From: Acidobacteriota bacterium
Lineage (GTDB): Bacteria > Acidobacteriota > Thermoanaerobaculia > UBA5066 > Gp7-AA6
Assembly (NCBI GenBank): GCA_050257975.1
Contig: JBLMXY010000058.1
Coordinates: 10,274 to 74,273, forward strand
Reading direction: 5' to 3'
DNA length: 64,000 nt
The notes below the pieces were generated by a model, which did no database searches, was not told the origin of the DNA, and was given only the letters and a program-made list of their open reading frames with translations. Every line of letters starts with the position of its first letter. The stretch's first letter is position 1. The translations under genes were made by a program, and so were the position numbers. Positions 18,302 to 27,379 of the stretch are shown piece by piece.

Positions 18302-19515
18302 GGGCCGGCTGGCTCCTCGAGCCGCAGGCGCATCGACCCGAAGTCGATCGTGACGCGGAAATGAAGCAGGGCCGACGATCCCAGGACTCCGTCCTCCAGT
18401 GTCTCTTCGGTCTCGGCGACAACCATATCCCGGAATCGGAGGCGCCGGCCGTCGACGGCGACCAGGATGCGGCCGACCTTGCCCCACGCGACGCGGGACT
18501 TGCCGATCCCCTCGACCCGCTTCGGGAAGAGGCCCGTCGCGGTGCGCAGCCCGAGGCGCTGGACGCCGCCCGAGGTGAGCATCGTCAGCTCGCTTCCCGA
18601 GTCGAGGAGAAACAGGGTCCAGGGCGAGCCGTCGACCGACACGCGGGCCATCACCTTGCCGCGGGAGAAGAAGAGGTTCTGCTCGGGGTCGGGGCGAAAG
18701 GCCCGCTCCGGAATCCGCGTCAGCGCCAGGCGGCGGCGGCCGTAGTCGACCTCGATCGAGAAATCCTTCAGCAGGTGGAGCCCGAGCACCATCGAGATCG
18801 GCAGGGGCCCGCGCGCCGTCTCGAACGACAGCGCGTCGTCGGGCATGACCATCACGGGCACGGTCGATAGCTCCGCCCCGGCGAGCGACAGCCGGCGAAC
18901 CTGGGCGAAGGTCAGCGGGATCGGCTTCTGGTGCAGGCCTCGACCGTAGGCTTCCGAATCGGCGATTTCCTCGAGGCCGGCCTCGCGCGCGAAAGATCGC
19001 GTCACGATGCAATACGACGCGCCGGTGTCGAGGATCGCGGTCACCGGCTTGCCGTTGACCAGAACGGGCACCTGGATGAGGTCGTAGAGCCCCGTCTGGA
19101 ATCCGGTCTCCAGGCGTTGTCCGAACGACGGGCCGGCATAGAGATCGGCTCCGGACAGGCTCTCCAGAAAGCGGATGAAGCCGGGAGACAGGGAGAGTCC
19201 CATCCGGACCGCCTCGGCCGCGTGACGGGCGGCCTGCCGGAAGTCGTCGGCCAGGACCAGGGCCTGTGCCAGCGTCCACTCGGCCTCCGCGCGCGCGGGA
19301 CCGGCCGCCGACCCGGCGATCGCCGCTTCGAGCGCCCGGCGCGCGCCCGCGAGGTCCCCTCGCGAAAAGAGCGCCCGGCCGTAGAGCACGAGATTGGCGG
19401 CGCTCTCGCGCTCCGGGGCGGGCAGGCGCTCCAGGTAACCGATGACCTCGAGAAAGCGGCCGCGCCCGAGCTCCGCCTCGACGTTGAACGCCGTGACCGC
19501 GGGCCCGGGTGGCAC
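18298..19515 (-). CDS. retropepsin-like aspartyl protease (two pseudo-repeat Asp domains, DTGAS and DSGSE) with N-terminal TPR-like region; probable lipoprotein whose true start may lie upstream
   Basis: 405-aa ORF starting at GTG 19515, with VNGKPVTAILDTGASYCIV and WTLFLLDSGSELTML. In-frame upstream codons (to 19614) encode ...PAPRRALLLAALWSAAC..., a lipoprotein-type signal, but without an ATG/GTG/TTG codon. Confidence 0.65.
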   Translation of the reverse strand: MPPGPAVTAFNVEAELGRGRFLEVIGYLERLPAPERESAANLVLYGRALFSRGDLAGARRALEAAIAGSAAGPARAEAEWTLAQALVLADDFRQAARHAAEAVRMGLSLSPGFIRFLESLSGADLYAGPSFGQRLETGFQTGLYDLIQVPVLVNGKPVTAILDTGASYCIVTRSFAREAGLEEIADSEAYGRGLHQKPIPLTFAQVRRLSLAGAELSTVPVMVMPDDALSFETARGPLPISMVLGLHLLKDFSIEVDYGRRRLALTRIPERAFRPDPEQNLFFSRGKVMARVSVDGSPWTLFLLDSGSELTMLTSGGVQRLGLRTATGLFPKRVEGIGKSRVAWGKVGRILVAVDGRRLRFRDMVVAETEETLEDGVLGSSALLHFRVTIDFGSMRLRLEEPAGP

Positions 19516-19615
19516 CGCGCCCGGAGGCAGGGTCTCGATCGTGACCGACGGCGAGGTCGCGCACGCCGCCGACCACAGGGCGGCGAGCAGGAGTGCTCGG
19601 CGCGGCGCCGGGATA

Positions 19616-21151
19616 TTAGAGCGGAATGTTCCCGTGTTTCTTGGCAGGCAGCTGCGTCCTCTTCGACTCGAGAAGCCTGAAGGCCGTGATCAGCTTCTCG
19701 CGCGTCTCGGACGGCTCGATGATCTCGTCGAGATAGCCGCGGCTGGCGGCCACGTACGGGTTGGCGAAATTTTCGACGTACTCGGCCACTCGCGAGGCTC
19801 GCGCTTCGGCCGAGTCCCCTTCGCGGCGATAGAGGATGTTCACGGCTCCTTCCGGGCCCATCACGGCCACCTCGGCCGTCGGGTAGGCGAAGTTGAAATC
19901 GGTCGCGATGTCCTTGGAGAGCATGACGCAGTAGGCGCCGCCGTAGGCCTTTCGCGTGATGACGCTGACCTTGGGCACGGTCGCCTCGGCGAAGGCGAAG
20001 AGGAGCTTCGCCCCGTGGCGAATGATGCCCCCGTACTCCTGCTGCGTGCCGGGCAGGAATCCCGGAACGTCTTCGAAAACGAGCAGCGGAATGTTGAAGG
20101 CGTCACAGAACCGCACGAAGCGCGCCCCCTTGACCGAGGCGTCGATGTCGAGAACCCCCGCCAGGTGCATCGGCTGGTTGGCGACCACGCCCACCGGGCG
20201 CCCGCCGAGGCGAACGAAGCCCACGAGCAGGTTGCGGGCGAACTCGGCGTGCACCTCGAAGAAGCGCCCCTCGTCGGCGACCTTCCGCACGACCTCTCCC
20301 ATGTCGTAGGGCCGGTTCGGCTCCTCCGGGATGAGGCCGTTCAACTCGCGCGGGTCCCCCGGGGCGTCCCGCGCCTCGCGGATCGGCGGGTCGTCCAGAT
20401 TGTTCGAAGGCAGGTACGAGAGCAGCTCGCGGATGGCGGCCAGCACGGCCGCGTCGTCCCTCCGGACGAAGTGCGCCACGCCGGAGACCGCCGAATGCGT
20501 GCGGGCGCCTCCCAGGTCCTCCTTGGTGACCTCCTCGTGGGTCACCGTCCGGATCACGTCGGGGCCCGTCACGAAAAGGTAGGAGGTCTTCTCGGTCATG
20601 AACACGAAATCGGTGATCGCCGGCGAATAGACGGCGCCGCCCGCGCACGGCCCGAGGATCGCGGAGATCTGCGGGACGACGCCCGAGGCCCGCGTGTTGC
20701 GAAGGAAGACCTTCGAGTAGCCGGCGAGCGAGACGACCCCCTCCTGGATGCGCGCCCCTCCCGAGTCGTTCAGGCCGATGATCGGCGCGCCGTTCTGAAC
20801 CGCCAGGTCCATGACCTTGCAGATCTTGCCCGCGTTCGTCTCGGAGAGCGAACCGCCGAAGACCGTGAAATCCTGGGCGAAGACGTACACCGGCCTTCCG
20901 TCGATGGTTCCGGCGCCGCAGACGACCCCGTCGCCCGGGATCTGGTTTTTCTCCATCCCGAAGTCGCGGCTCCGGTGCACGACGAAGGGATCGACCTCGA
21001 AGAAGGAGCCCGGATCGAGCAGCAGGGCGATTCGCTCGCGGGCGGCGAGCTTTCCCTCGGCGTGCTGGCGCTCGACGCGGTCGCGCCCGCCGCCCTGCAG
21101 GCTCCTTTCGCGGAGCGCCTCGAGGTGAGCGATGCGTTTTTCGAGAGTCAT
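19616..21151 (-). CDS. acyl-CoA carboxylase carboxyltransferase subunit (PccB / methylmalonyl-CoA carboxyltransferase-like)
   Basis: ORF 19616..21223 trimmed to ATG 21151 ([22 protein letters not shown]...). Family-typical [28 protein letters not shown] and [13 protein letters not shown]. Confidence 0.92.
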   Translation of the reverse strand: MTLEKRIAHLEALRERSLQGGGRDRVERQHAEGKLAARERIALLLDPGSFFEVDPFVVHRSRDFGMEKNQIPGDGVVCGAGTIDGRPVYVFAQDFTVFGGSLSETNAGKICKVMDLAVQNGAPIIGLNDSGGARIQEGVVSLAGYSKVFLRNTRASGVVPQISAILGPCAGGAVYSPAITDFVFMTEKTSYLFVTGPDVIRTVTHEEVTKEDLGGARTHSAVSGVAHFVRRDDAAVLAAIRELLSYLPSNNLDDPPIREARDAPGDPRELNGLIPEEPNRPYDMGEVVRKVADEGRFFEVHAEFARNLLVGFVRLGGRPVGVVANQPMHLAGVLDIDASVKGARFVRFCDAFNIPLLVFEDVPGFLPGTQQEYGGIIRHGAKLLFAFAEATVPKVSVITRKAYGGAYCVMLSKDIATDFNFAYPTAEVAVMGPEGAVNILYRREGDSAEARASRVAEYVENFANPYVAASRGYLDEIIEPSETREKLITAFRLLESKRTQLPAKKHGNIPL

Positions 21152-21158
21152 GGAAAAG

Positions 21159-21242
21159 CCGGTGCCCGGTGTCAGGTTCGCGGTGCCCGGGTCGCAAGCC
21201 CGACGGCTTCGGACACCGAGCACCGGACACCGGACACCGTCA
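21159..21242. repeat. inverted arrays of tandem heptamers (CCGGTGY x5 ... GGACACC x4) forming a long imperfect palindrome
   Basis: Phase-7 reading: CCGGTGC CCGGTGT CAGGTTC GCGGTGC CCGGGTC | GCAAGCC CGACGGC TTC | GGACACC GAGCACC GGACACC GGACACC G. There is a central mini-hairpin AAGCC-CGAC-GGCTT. The array fills the gap between the stop at 21240 and the next start at 21151. Confidence 0.8.
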
Positions 21243-21518
21243 CAATACGATTCCCCGCTGCTCCGCGAGCTTGCGGCGGATCCGGCGGAACAGCTCCTGG
21301 CCGTCCACGCGGCCCGAGGCGATCTCGCCGCGGGCCGCCTCCATCATGCGGCGCGCCTCGTCGTCGATGGTGCGCTCCTTTTCCGCCTCGTCGGCGAGCG
21401 CGCCGAGCACGGCCTGGCGCAGCGCCCCCGGCGCGCGCTCCTCGAAGAGCTTCCGCGCGGCAATGCCCCGCGCCGCCCGAACGGCGATGAACTCCTTCTT
21501 CAGGTCCGACAGGCTCAT
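21240..21518 (-). CDS. small conserved hypothetical protein (possibly DUF507-like; family call tentative)
   Basis: 92-aa ORF with normal, non-Arg-biased composition: [27 protein letters not shown]...[18 protein letters not shown]. Divergent from tldD. Confidence 0.5.
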   Translation of the reverse strand: MSLSDLKKEFIAVRAARGIAARKLFEERAPGALRQAVLGALADEAEKERTIDDEARRMMEAARGEIASGRVDGQELFRRIRRKLAEQRGIVL

Positions 21519-21623
21519 CGGGCGGATGTTATTACAGGCCCCCTACCCCGGCCCTCTCCCGCCGGGAGAGGGAGCGGGCCCCTCACCCCGGGCGAAGAGC
21601 GTCTCCCCCATAATGCCCCTCCC

Positions 21624-22952
21624 ATGGACCTCGACTCCTCCGCCGTCACGCGCTGGCTCGAGCCGCTCGCCCGGGAGCCCGGCGAGATCACGGATGTCTT
21701 CGTCGAGCGCCGCCGCGAGACGATCCTCACGCTGCGGGACGGCGAGGTCGTCGGGTCGCAGGTGGCCTCGACCGAGGCGCTCTCGGCGCGCTGGCAGCGC
21801 GGCGGACAGCAGCGGCTCGCCGCCGTATCGCGCGCGGACGAGGCGGGCCTGCGCGATGCGCTTCGGGAGCTGCGGGCCGCGCTCGGCCGCGCCCCGCTGC
21901 CGATCCGCACGGGCAGGCGCCCTGCCGAAGCGGAAGACCCGCCTCCCTCCGCGGAGCGCTGGAGGAAGCGCCTCGCCGCGATGCTCGCCCGGCAGGCGCC
22001 GCGCCACCGCTTGCGCTGGAGGCTCCTGGAGCTGACGCGGGACGTGTTCCCGGCCCGAGGCCCGCACGTCACCCACACGCGAAGGCTGGTCTCGCTCGAA
22101 GGAAGCTTCACCGCGGCCTCCCGGCGCGGCGACGAGACGCGCGCCTTCTCCTTTCATGGCCCCGAGTCCGACACGCTTCCCGACGAACTGAAGGCCTGGC
22201 TCGTCCGAGCCGGGGAGCCGCGGGAGGCTCCCGTCCCGTGTCCCGAAGGAGAGACCGACGCGGTTCTCGCGGGCGGCTCGGCGGCGGTTCTCTTCCACGA
22301 GATTCTCTCGCATCCCCTCGAAGCGGGCGCCACCTCCCCCCTCTCCGGACTGGCGGACGCGCGCGTGGCGGTGCCGGAGCTCGAGGTGCGCGATGACGCC
22401 GGCCGCCTGGATCTTTTCGGGGGCTACGAGTGCGACGACGAAGGCGTGCGCCCGCGGCCGGTCAAGCTGCTCGACACCGGCCGTCTCGCGGGGCGGCTGA
22501 CGACCCGCTCGACGGCGGCGCGGATGGGGCGCGAAGGGTCCAACGGCCACGGCCGGCGCGCCGAAGCGGCCGACGCCCCCCTGCCGCGCGGCTCGAACAC
22601 CGTGGTCGCCGCCGGGAGCGTGACGCGCGAGGAGATGGCCCGGCGCCTCGGCAACGGGATCTGGATCCAGGACTTCGACGCCGGCTCGGTCGAGCTCGCA
22701 AGCGGCGGCTTCCGCCTGCGCTTTCCACGAGCCCGGCGCATCCGCCGCGGCCGGCTCTCCGACGAGCTCGGCCCGGGTCTTCTCGCGGGAGAGGTCCTGC
22801 AGACTCTGCGGCGCGTCGAATCGGGCCTCGGCCGCGAGTCGCACCCCTACCGCGCGCTCGGCTGGTGCTCGCGCGGGGGCCAGGTCGTCGCCGTGCAGGG
22901 CGAGGCACCCGACGTCCTGATCCGGGGTCTGGCGGTGCGGGCGCAGACATGA
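21624..22952 (+). CDS. tldD: TldD/PmbA-family metalloprotease (TldD-like)
   Basis: ORF 21132..22952 trimmed to ATG 21624 (MDLDSSAVTRWLEPLA...). Contains LFHEILSHPLEA (HExxxH-type site of TldD), NGHGRR and RGSNTVV. Confidence 0.8.
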   Translation: MDLDSSAVTRWLEPLAREPGEITDVFVERRRETILTLRDGEVVGSQVASTEALSARWQRGGQQRLAAVSRADEAGLRDALRELRAALGRAPLPIRTGRRPAEAEDPPPSAERWRKRLAAMLARQAPRHRLRWRLLELTRDVFPARGPHVTHTRRLVSLEGSFTAASRRGDETRAFSFHGPESDTLPDELKAWLVRAGEPREAPVPCPEGETDAVLAGGSAAVLFHEILSHPLEAGATSPLSGLADARVAVPELEVRDDAGRLDLFGGYECDDEGVRPRPVKLLDTGRLAGRLTTRSTAARMGREGSNGHGRRAEAADAPLPRGSNTVVAAGSVTREEMARRLGNGIWIQDFDAGSVELASGGFRLRFPRARRIRRGRLSDELGPGLLAGEVLQTLRRVESGLGRESHPYRALGWCSRGGQVVAVQGEAPDVLIRGLAVRAQT

Positions 22953-24199
22953 CCGGGCCGGCAGTCCCGGAGCTGCTCGAAGCGCGCGCGCCCGGTGCCT
23001 GGGAGCTCTACCGCAAGGAGGGCGCCTCGCGCGAGATCGTGCACTCCGGCGCCGAGCGCTGCGAATCGGCGCGCCGCGAGGAGGGGCTCGCCGCGCGCTG
23101 GTGGGACCCGGCGCCGCGCTTTGCCGCAGCCGGCAGCGAGGCCGAGCTCGCGCGCATCCTGCCGATGGCTGCCGAGGCGCTCGCCTCCCCGGGGGAGGCG
23201 CCGCAATGGCCCTCGGGAGCCGCGCGAACTCCGGAACAGGCCGCCGCGCTCGATCCGCCTCCCGATCTCTTCGAAGAGCTCGCCCGTCTCGTGTCGGCGG
23301 AATCGCGCGGGGAAGCCAGCTTGAGGCACCTCTCGGTCCGCCGCGGCCGGAGCGTCGAGCGGGTCGTCAACGCCGGAGGGCTCGACGTCGCCTGGGCGAG
23401 CGAGGCCTTGACCGGTTTTGCCGAGGCCGTCGGTCGGCGCGGGGCGCGGGCCTGCGAGGCGCGCACGCTCTTTCGCTGGGAAGGCGAGCCCGACCTGGCC
23501 GGCCTTGCCCGAAGGCTATCCGACCGGGCGACGCTCCCGCTCTGCGACCGGGCTTCGCCGGTCGATCGGGGCGAGTGGCTGCTCGACGTCTCGGTCGGCG
23601 CGGCGCTGCTTGCGGGGCTCGCCCCGCTGTTTGCCGGCGACGGGCACCCGCCCTGGGCCGCGCGCGGGAAGCTCCTGCCGGCGGAGATCTCGATCGTGGA
23701 CGACGCCACCCGGGACGCTCCGTTCGACGGGGAAGGTACAAAATCTCACCGCGTGGTCGTCGTGTCGGGCGGCGCGCTGCGCGCGCGCCTCCATGATCTT
23801 GCCTCCGCGCGCCGCGCCGGCGCGGCTTCGACGGGCCACGGCGTTCGCCGGTCCTACCGGACTCCGCCGGTGCGCGCCGCACGCCGGATCTTCTTCGAGA
23901 CCGAGCGCCCGGTGCCTCCGCGAGAGCTGCTGGCGTCCGTGCGCCGCGGCCTGTTCGCTTCCGCGCTGACCGCGCCGCTCTTCTGCGATCTCGAGAAGGA
24001 CCGCTACGAGGCGCAGTTCACCGGGATCGCGGTCGTGGCCGGGCGGGCGCAAGGGCCGGTGGCCGAGGCCCGGGTGCGGGGCCGGCTCTCGGAGCTGCTG
24101 CGCCGCATCGCCGCCCTCTGCCCGGACCCCGGATCCTTTCCGATGCCCGACCCGGTCGGCGGCGCGACCCTGCTGGTCGAGCGCGTTTCCTTCGAGTAA
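22949..24199 (+). CDS. TldD/PmbA-family protein (PmbA-like partner, divergent)
   Basis: ORF 22430..24199 trimmed to ATG 22949 (MTGPAVPELLEARAPGAWELYRKEG...), in ATGA overlap with the tldD stop. C-terminal STGHGVRRSYRTPP and GATLLVERVSFE resemble the PmbA family. Confidence 0.65.
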   Translation: MTGPAVPELLEARAPGAWELYRKEGASREIVHSGAERCESARREEGLAARWWDPAPRFAAAGSEAELARILPMAAEALASPGEAPQWPSGAARTPEQAAALDPPPDLFEELARLVSAESRGEASLRHLSVRRGRSVERVVNAGGLDVAWASEALTGFAEAVGRRGARACEARTLFRWEGEPDLAGLARRLSDRATLPLCDRASPVDRGEWLLDVSVGAALLAGLAPLFAGDGHPPWAARGKLLPAEISIVDDATRDAPFDGEGTKSHRVVVVSGGALRARLHDLASARRAGAASTGHGVRRSYRTPPVRAARRIFFETERPVPPRELLASVRRGLFASALTAPLFCDLEKDRYEAQFTGIAVVAGRAQGPVAEARVRGRLSELLRRIAALCPDPGSFPMPDPVGGATLLVERVSFE

Positions 24200-24214
24200 C
24201 GCCGGGCGGGCGCT

Positions 24215-25081
24215 CTACCCTTCCGGTTCCGGTTCGGGCGTCGGGACGGCTTCGGCGGGAACCGGAGTCGGCTCGGGAGGGACGGGCCGTGGCGCAAGAT
24301 CATGGCGGCCCGACCGCCCGGGGCGCGGGGTGGGCATCGGCGGCGCGCGGTTGCCGATCGGCGGAGCCGTCCGGCGAGTCTCGATCGTCTGCGGCCCGGA
24401 TTCTTCCACCACCTCGCTCGAATCGAGCATCCGGTCGACCGGCACGGGACGGAATCGGGCGACATCGACGTAGCCGGCATCGTGCGAAAGCGCCGACCGC
24501 GCGACGTCCCGATCGTAGTTGACGAGCGAAGCCCGGTCCATCAACCGGGATTCCACGACGAGCGGGTTGGTCCGCGGGTCGCGCAGGGCCGCGTCGATGC
24601 GGATGGCCTTGGCGTACTCCGCGACCGCTTCGTCGTTTCTCCCCTGCCTCTCGTAAAGGAGCCCGAGGCGAAAGTGCGCGGGAGGAAAGCCCCGGCGCCG
24701 GTCGATCGCCTCGCGATAGGCGGAGACGGCGGCCCGGATCCGCCCTTCGGTTTCCTCCATCATGCCGAGGTTGTAGGCGGCCAGAAAGAAATGCGGATCG
24801 AGCTCCAGCGCCTTGCGATACTCCGCGCGGGCCTCCTTGGGAAACCGGCGCTCGGCGAGCAGATTGCCGAAATCGTTGCGCAGCTCCGCGGAGGTGGGGT
24901 TCTCGGCGACCCGTTTCTCCTGGGCGAGCAGCTTCTCGTCCAGCGGATCGCCCGGGACCAGGAATTGGTGAAAGAAAGGCTCGCCGGATTTCGCGTCGCC
25001 CTTCTGGGCTCCGCCGACGGGCCCGGCCAGCAGAAGAAGCGCCGCCGCGACCACCGCCCCCCGGCCCCCGAGATGTGTCAT
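24215..25081 (-). CDS. secreted TPR-repeat protein with Pro-rich C-terminus
   Basis: Signal MTHLGGRGAVVAAALLLLAGPVGGA. TPR-like repeats (AEYRKALELDPHFFLAAYNLG, SAYREAIDRRRGFPPAHFRLGLLY, AEYAKAIRID). ATGA overlap with the upstream gene. Confidence 0.7.
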   Translation of the reverse strand: MTHLGGRGAVVAAALLLLAGPVGGAQKGDAKSGEPFFHQFLVPGDPLDEKLLAQEKRVAENPTSAELRNDFGNLLAERRFPKEARAEYRKALELDPHFFLAAYNLGMMEETEGRIRAAVSAYREAIDRRRGFPPAHFRLGLLYERQGRNDEAVAEYAKAIRIDAALRDPRTNPLVVESRLMDRASLVNYDRDVARSALSHDAGYVDVARFRPVPVDRMLDSSEVVEESGPQTIETRRTAPPIGNRAPPMPTPRPGRSGRHDLAPRPVPPEPTPVPAEAVPTPEPEPEG

Positions 25082-25707
25082 TTCTTGCCTCCCGGGGGGG
25101 CGTCCCCCTCGGCCGGGCCGCGCCTGGCGATGAGCTTGACTCTCCCCTCGCGTTCCGCGACCTCGAACACGACGTCCTCCGTTCCGAGGCGCTCCTTCAG
25201 GCGCGCCCGCTCGCGGGCGAGGCTCTGGGCGAACTTCTGGAAGTCGTAGCCCTCGACGCTCTCGCCGCGAGCCTTTCGAGCGCCCAGGTACGTTTCGAAG
25301 AGCTGTCGGTCGGCGCCCGCGGAAACCCCCGGACGTTCTACGGAACCGGAGCCGGCCGCGTTTGGGGCGTTGCCCGGTGCGGAGCCGACGGGGCCCGCCG
25401 CGTGCGGCCTATCCGCGCCCGGGACGAAATGCCCGTAGAGCCCCGGGCGCCTCCCCGACTCCTTCTCGCCCTGGAGGCGCTCCCAGCGCTCCGTCAGGGT
25501 CGTGTAGCGCCCCTGCAGGGTCGCGAATCGGTAGCGTTCGGCCGCCGCGTCGAGGGAGACGCCTGAAAGGCGCCGGATCATCTGCTCGACGTGCTTGCGG
25601 CTCTCGACGGGAGGCTTCGTGGCCGTGCCGTAGAGAAAGGCGTCGTACTCGGCGCCAAGCCGCCGGATCGCCTCCTCCAGCACCTCCAGCTCCCGATCCC
25701 AGGCCAC
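25078..25707 (-). CDS. hypothetical protein (soluble, coiled-coil-like N-terminus)
   Basis: 209-aa ORF, MAWDRELEVLEEAIRRLGAEYDAFLYGTATKPP...EGYDFQKFAQSLARERARLKERLGTEDVVFEVAEREGRVKLIARR. Protein-like composition. First gene of a 2-gene operon with the TPR protein. Confidence 0.6.
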   Translation of the reverse strand: MAWDRELEVLEEAIRRLGAEYDAFLYGTATKPPVESRKHVEQMIRRLSGVSLDAAAERYRFATLQGRYTTLTERWERLQGEKESGRRPGLYGHFVPGADRPHAAGPVGSAPGNAPNAAGSGSVERPGVSAGADRQLFETYLGARKARGESVEGYDFQKFAQSLARERARLKERLGTEDVVFEVAEREGRVKLIARRGPAEGDAPPGGKK

Positions 25708-25805
25708 GGAACTATAGTAAGGGACGTGAGGCGCAGGGCGACAGGAGGGAGGCCGGTCTGAGCCCGCGGACGACCGAGGCGCCCGCGCCTGCCCGCCCGC
25801 CTTCG

Positions 25806-27116
25806 ATGGATTCGCTGCTCGGCTCGGAGGCGGCCGCCGAGGCTCTCCGGCTCTACGGCCGGGAGGCTCTCAAGGAGGAGTTGCGCCGGATGATGGCGCA
25901 GGGGGCGACGCGCCCCGAGGAGCTGCTCGCCGCGGCCCGAACGGCGCTCGCGCGGCGGTTCGCCCCGACGCTCTCGCGCGCGATCAACGCGACCGGCGTT
26001 CTCCTGCACACCAATCTGGGCCGGGCGCCGCTTTCCGCCGGGGCCCGCGAAGCAATGCTCGAGGCCTCGCGCGGTTATTCGACGCTCGAGTACGACGTCG
26101 AAACCGGCGAGCGCGGCAAGCGCCAGGATCACGTGCGCGCGCTCGCGCGCGACCTCTTCCGGGTGGACGACGCGCTGGCGGTCAACAACAACGCCGCGGC
26201 GCTGCTTCTCGCCTTGAACGCGCTTGCCCGAAACCGAGGCGTTCTCGTCTCGCGCGGAGAGCTCGTCGCCATCGGCGGCTCCTTCAAGATCCCCGAGATC
26301 CTGGAGGCCTCGGGCGCGAGGCTCCTCGAGGTCGGCACCACCAACCGCACGACGATCGAGGACTACCGCCGCGCGCTCTCCGGGGATGTCGCGATGGTCC
26401 TGACGGTTCATCCCTCCAACTACGAGATCCGCGGATACACGGCGCGCCCGGCCCCCGAACAGGTGGCGGCGCTCGCGAAGGAGGCCCGCCTGGTCTGGCT
26501 GCACGACCAGGGAACCGGCTGCGTCGAGCCGCTCGACGAGTTCGGCGTTCCCGGCGAGCCGACCGTGGCGCGCTGTCTGGCAGACGGCGCCGACCTGGTC
26601 ACTTTCTCGGGGGACAAGCTCCTCTGCGGCCCGCAGGCGGGCCTGGTGGTCGGAAAGGCGGATCGGATCGCGGTCCTCGCCGCTTCTCCCGTGGCGCGCG
26701 CCGTGCGGCCCGACAAACTGACTCTGGCGGCGCTCGCGGCGACACTCGCGGCCTGGAAGCGCGGCTCGTGGCGAGACTTCCCGGTCTACCGCGCCGCCGG
26801 CCGGCCTCTCGAGGAGCTCGAGCGGCGCGGCGCGGCGCTGGCCGAGGGTGCCGCCGCGATTCCGGAGCTCTCCGTCACGGTCGAGCCCAGCCTGGCGCTC
26901 TTCGGCGGAGGGACGAGCCCCGAGAAGCGCTTCGCGTCCCGGGCGCTGACGCTCTCCCACGCGCGCCTCTCCGCCGACGAGCTCGCCTCGAAGCTGCGGC
27001 GACGCCCGACGCCGGTCGTGGGCCGAGCCGAGCAGGGACGCCTGTGGCTCGACCTGCGCTCGGTCGCGCCCGAGGAGGACGCCGAGATTGCCGCCGCTCT
27101 CGCGGAGCTGCGATAA
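25806..27116 (+). CDS. selA: L-seryl-tRNA(Sec) selenium transferase
   Basis: ORF 25362..27116 trimmed to ATG 25806 (MDSLLGSEAAAEALRLYG...). SelA-typical INATGVLLHTNLGRAPL, VNNNAAALLLAL, ELVAIGGSFKIPEI, VTFSGDKLLCGPQAG (PLP lysine). Confidence 0.88.
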   Translation: MDSLLGSEAAAEALRLYGREALKEELRRMMAQGATRPEELLAAARTALARRFAPTLSRAINATGVLLHTNLGRAPLSAGAREAMLEASRGYSTLEYDVETGERGKRQDHVRALARDLFRVDDALAVNNNAAALLLALNALARNRGVLVSRGELVAIGGSFKIPEILEASGARLLEVGTTNRTTIEDYRRALSGDVAMVLTVHPSNYEIRGYTARPAPEQVAALAKEARLVWLHDQGTGCVEPLDEFGVPGEPTVARCLADGADLVTFSGDKLLCGPQAGLVVGKADRIAVLAASPVARAVRPDKLTLAALAATLAAWKRGSWRDFPVYRAAGRPLEELERRGAALAEGAAAIPELSVTVEPSLALFGGGTSPEKRFASRALTLSHARLSADELASKLRRRPTPVVGRAEQGRLWLDLRSVAPEEDAEIAAALAELR

Positions 27117-27123
27117 TCCGCGC

Positions 27124-27330
27124 GTGACCGCGCGCCGCCGGCTTCTCGCCCTCGCGCTCGCCGCCGCCGTCGCGGCGCCCCTGGCCGGCGCGGGCGCCTG
27201 CCGCAAGAAACCCCCGGAGGGCAAGGCCCCGCCCGGCTTCGAGCGCCGGCCCTACACGCCGATCGCGCCGCCTCCCACCCGGACGCTGAAGCCCGGAGAG
27301 CCGACACCGCTGCCGAGGCTTCCCGAGTAG
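27124..27330 (+). CDS. small Pro-rich lipoprotein (hypothetical)
   Basis: ORF 27088..27330. GTG 27124 gives VTARRRLLALALAAAVAAPLAGAGAC (lipobox LAGAGAC). Short and low-complexity, so weakly supported. Confidence 0.35.
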   Translation: MTARRRLLALALAAAVAAPLAGAGACRKKPPEGKAPPGFERRPYTPIAPPPTRTLKPGEPTPLPRLPE

Positions 27331-27379
27331 GCCTCGCGCTCCGGCGGTCGAGAGGGATCCGCCCGTCGCGCTCGAGGGC

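Noticed and set aside
16823-19576. Very long N-terminal extensions of real genes in the track (also 54744..58439, 28839..31325, 42332..44779, 46504..48291, 21132..22952, 25362..27116, 50940..52982)
   Set aside because: The extensions overlap neighbouring well-supported genes, are Arg/Pro/Gly-rich, and precede internal starts that give proper N-termini (signal peptides, the kinase Gly-loop, VKLLVANRGE etc.). Those internal starts often show ATGA/GTGA coupling to the upstream gene.
27117-27379. Looked for tRNA-Sec (selC) or any tRNA next to selA, and in the other intergenic gaps (e.g. 16110-16280, 46186-46267, 50321-50541, 60509-60600)
   Set aside because: I could find no cloverleaf-compatible sequence (acceptor/T-arm GTTCRANNC pattern) by eye. 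A tRNAscan-SE run would be needed to be definitive.
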